A DNA stretch of 64,000 bases from Paraspadella gotoi (lineage: Eukaryota; Animalia; Chaetognatha): assembly GCA_051294375.1 (NCBI GenBank), contig CM119266.1:18586087-18650086 (forward strand). Reading direction: 5' to 3'. The notes beneath the pieces are model-generated. The model was not told the origin of the DNA, did not search any database, and saw only the letters and a program-made list of their open reading frames with translations. Positions 60,343 to 64,000 of this stretch are shown piece after piece. The position numbers and the translations under genes are program-made. Every line of letters begins with the position of its first letter. The stretch's first letter is position 1.

Positions 60343-61749
60343 GTGAGATGGAAAAACAAAAGAGCGGAAAGAGACGGGACATTGACAGACTGAAGAGTAA
60401 TGAGAAAGAATTGAGTTGAATGTCCGATTCGTTTCATTCACGTTTTCCTCTACGTTTTGAAAAGTGAATTTTTCGAATCGCGTTTCTCAGTCACGCATAC
60501 GCTGTACTTTTCACTTGAAACTTCACAGAACACCTCAAAGACGAGAAATACCGAGTCTCATATGACCCACGAAGATACTTTACATGTGTTTTAGCTCGTT
60601 TTTAGACGATTAACTAAAATCTAGATAATAAACATTAGACTAAATTAGTTAATGACTAATCTCATGACCAGCGCCTTAACCTCTCTCTCATACCGCGCCA
60701 CCGCAAAAAGATAGCGAGTCGCCCACAGAGGACATCGCAACCGGGATTCAATCCGGATTTTGACCGAGAAATTCCGGCAAATCGCTCTCCGTCGCTCGAA
60801 AAAATTTGATTAGAGTCGTCGTCGTCGGCGGCAGCGTCCGGGGTCGTTGCACTCAGATCCTTTCAAAAGCGATCCTTGTTGTCACGATGTCATGATGTCA
60901 TCGCGTCTGATGTTAACCAATGGTTAATAACCATCGAATCTCACGTCAAACCGTATCGTCAAAGTTTAACGTCAACTTGTGACGTAAAACGACGTCAATT
61001 TTGGTTTCGTGTTCACGTCTGCTCTTTCTAGAACCAAAATATGATAGCGGACAGTGGGAAGAGATTAAAGGAGAAAGAAACAAAGAAAAAATCGAGAAAA
61101 TGAAAAAGAGAAAGAAAAAAATAAAAACGAGAAAGATATACGTATAAACGAACGAAGAATAATGAAACTTAGTAAATTTATAAAGTTGTAACAATGTAGA
61201 GTTCAAATGTGTGAAACGATTAAAAATAATTTTTCAATTGTTTTTTTTCTTCTCCCGTCGTCGATGTTATTCACCCTTTTTTTTCTTTTTCTTTTTTTAT
61301 TACCTTTTCTTTTCTTTTTTATTTACTTTTCCCCTTTTTTTTCCTTTTTATTATTCATTTTTATCGGTCGCCGACCTTTTCCTTATTTCCTTTCCTTCTT
61401 TCCTCCCTTTCCCCTCATCCGTTTCCGTATTTTATGCCCTGATCCACTAAACCCTTTTTTCTCTATAAATCCGCCCTACCCTTTCCATGACTTTTGCTCC
61501 ATTAAACCCTTTCCATTCCTTTCGCTCCATTTAACCCTTTCTCTGCCCTACTCTTTCCGCTTTTACTCTTTCTTTCACCTACCCGACTTTTTTGCTCCCC
61601 TAACACAAACTACCATACTCCCTTCTGCTTTTCCCATTCTCCTGTAACACTCCCATGCTCCTTTCATTCCCTCCCATTCCTTTTTGCTCCACTAATCCCC
61701 TCGCCGTCCCATTTCCGCCCGCTCCTGTTTGGGGGGGGGGGTGGAGCAG

Positions 61750-61995
61750 AAATCACCTGCTCGTCGTCCTTCCCGACATGTGGCACAAATTTGCAGCGGC
61801 AGTAAAAGCTGCGGCAGCATCGGTGACGGCAGAAGCGGCAGCACGGACGCCGCGGGACGAACGTTTAGCGTTTCGAGTAACTTGTGCAGTTTGTGCAGCG
61901 GCGCTGGCTGCAGCCCGGGAGTGGCCCGGGGCTGCTGCGGCGGCGGCGGCGGTCTCGCTGCCGCGGCGGTGCAGCGTCGGCGGCTGCTCTGTCGC
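61750..61995 (+). CDS. Candidate symmetric cassette exon (82 aa, Gly/Ser/Cys/Ala-rich) within FN3 domain 3
   Basis: GC-rich island in an AT-rich intron, open in phase 0-0 like the F/G junction. Strong CGC|GTGAGT donor, but the acceptor (ggagcAG) follows a G run rather than a pyrimidine tract. Confidence 0.45.
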
Positions 61996-62026
61996 GTGAG
62001 TGTTTTCATTGATGGAATAAGATCTT

Positions 62027-62107
<81 letters not shown>

Positions 62108-62660
62108 GGGTAGTTTTTCTTTCCTTTTATTATTTCTTTTTTTCTTTTATTTGCTTCTTTTCTTTCTTTTTCTTTTAATTTCTTTAATCCCCTTTCTCAC
62201 GCTGATGGCACTGGGCAAAAAAGGAAACACGCTAAACTTTCTTTTTTTTTCTTTTCCATTTATTTGCCAAATACAATGTGGAGCTTAAATCTGAGAGTTG
62301 AAAGTTGGAAACGACTTATGTCTTGTTTGGCTTTTGTCTGTGTTTTTTTAGTTATTTTCTTAGCCACCTTTCGGATTCGAGATTAGTCACTTTTGTATAT
62401 ATATTTAATTTATTTATATATACTAGAACTTTCTTTTATTCTTTTAATATTTAAATAAAAACCATTCTCTTATTTAATTTCCTTTCTATCTCAGTCAAAA
62501 CCAAATTAAAAATCATCTTTCTTTTCGTCTTTAACGCTGTCATCTCTCCCAAATTTTCGAGGAACATTTCTTAGAAATAGGCCCTTTTCCAATTTCTTTC
62601 TCATGGTTTTCAAGCAGTCACAGAAAAATGCACATCAAAAATTCAAAATCTATATTCGTA

Positions 62661-62700
<40 letters not shown>

Positions 62701-63638
62701 CTCTCATCTCTCTCTCTCTCTCTCTCTCTTTTCCGGTGTCTCCTCGTTAAACATAGCTCCGGACTGAAATTCTAGTCCATTTATCGAAATTGGAGGAAAT
62801 TGAATTCGTTATTCAATTCGGGGTCTGAACTGAAAACCAATTTAATCCAAATGACTAGAACTGACTAGACTAGTCTGCAACGTTTAATGCGTAGATAATT
62901 TAGGTTCCTTTAAATGTCATTGGGCACAAGTTTGAAAAATAAATATGTGCTTTGAGACTAATTCTGCATTGTGATCAAATGACACTGAATCAAATAAGTT
63001 TGGATGATTAATCTGTACGTAGTTTTAAACGCGTATCAAATTTCATTAAAGGATCAAGGACGTTGATTTAAAATCTTAATTTTAAGGTTTTGAGACTGTA
63101 ATACTATTAAAAATAGCTTTTATCATTGTGTCGAATAAAATGAATGGTTTGAAAAAAAAAATTGTGAGGGCCGTTTCATTAAAGGTGACGTTATAACGGG
63201 TAGCGTGATACGGGGACACGGCGTGACAGTCCGTGACAGGAAAAGACGTAACGTACCCGCGTGAGGGAACGATAACGTCTGACGCTTTAAATCTTAACTC
63301 GCTTCATGGTGTCAACACTAACTATGGGGTGGGAGCATCAAAGACGGAAATAAAACGGAATTCGCGAAATATTGGTCATTTAATGTTTAATATAATCTCG
63401 GTAGATGGTTCTAAAGTTGGTCGATAACCGCTGATTACTATTTTGTTTATAATCTCTAATTAATCAAATCTTTCTCCTATAGAATCTGTCTCGAGTCAAT
63501 ATTTCATCGTTTAGTAATTAGTACTCAGTCTATCCTTTACACGAAACAGATATGCCTTAAAATTAGTTATTCTAACCTTGATTATTTTTCTCTTTATCAC
63601 CCTCTCTCCCCCCTCTCGCTACCCCCGCCCCCGCACAG

Positions 63639-63777
63639 AGCATGAGCGTGAAGCAAACCACAGTGGAGATGACGAACCTGACAGGCCTCCTTCCCGGCCA
63701 CGCCTACCACATTGAGGTGGTCACGGTTGTCACTCCGACGCTGAAGAGTCAACCGCTTTACATCCAACACTGCACGA
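63639..63777 (+). CDS. FN3-repeat protein exon G (C-half of FN3 domain 3): SMSVKQTTVEMTNLTGLLPGHAYHIEVVTVVTPTLKSQPLYIQHCT; gene continues beyond window
   Basis: C-rich tract plus gcacAG acceptor, A|GTGAGT donor. L-T-G-L-x-P-G-x-x-Y-x-I-x-V motif. Phase 0 to 1. Confidence 0.92.
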
Positions 63778-63784
63778 GTGAGTC

Positions 63785-64000
63785 ATCATGATGATGATCT
63801 GAATGATGGTGATCATAATGATGATTTTATTAGTGCCATGAAAATCTTACTGACTATGATAATAACGATGATAATGATGACGATAATGATAATGAGGTTG
63901 CGACAATGAAAATGATGATGAAGATAAGGTCAGCTAAGGTGATAACGATGATAATAATTTTGATGATAAAGATTAAAGACAAGAAATAACGATGATTGAG
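63785..64000 (+). repeat. Degenerate (GAT/AAT)n intronic microsatellite
   Basis: Direct reading of the sequence. Confidence 0.85.

Larger units (their letters stand above)
53442..63777 (+). other. Partial gene span: tandem fibronectin type III repeat protein (receptor PTP R3-type, tenascin or fibronectin-like architecture; family not assignable)
   Basis: Seven exons splice into one open frame with three complete FN3 domains, each bounded by phase-1 introns as is typical of shuffled FN3 modules. Confidence 0.85.

Overview
This is an AT-rich, microsatellite-dense animal (probably invertebrate) genomic window from a poorly polished long-read, gap-filled assembly. About 1-50 kb consists largely of redundant copies of the same loci: an apparently exact 7.4-kb duplicate, inverted overlaps, three copies of one region and a raw-read-quality ~15-kb copy. 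These are joined by six 25-N gaps, so most listed ORFs are simple-repeat or error artefacts. The solid biology is a + strand spliced gene at 53.4-63.8 kb: seven phase-consistent GT-AG exons encoding three tandem fibronectin type III domains, continuing beyond the window. Weaker signals are a promoter plus signal-peptide exon, a transmembrane exon, an 82-codon in-frame cassette exon inside the third FN3 domain, a degenerate twister-ribozyme-like structured element in an intron, tRNA-derived SINE-like elements and a family of short inverted-repeat elements with telomere-like cores. No novel system can be claimed with confidence; the candidates are listed as hypotheses.
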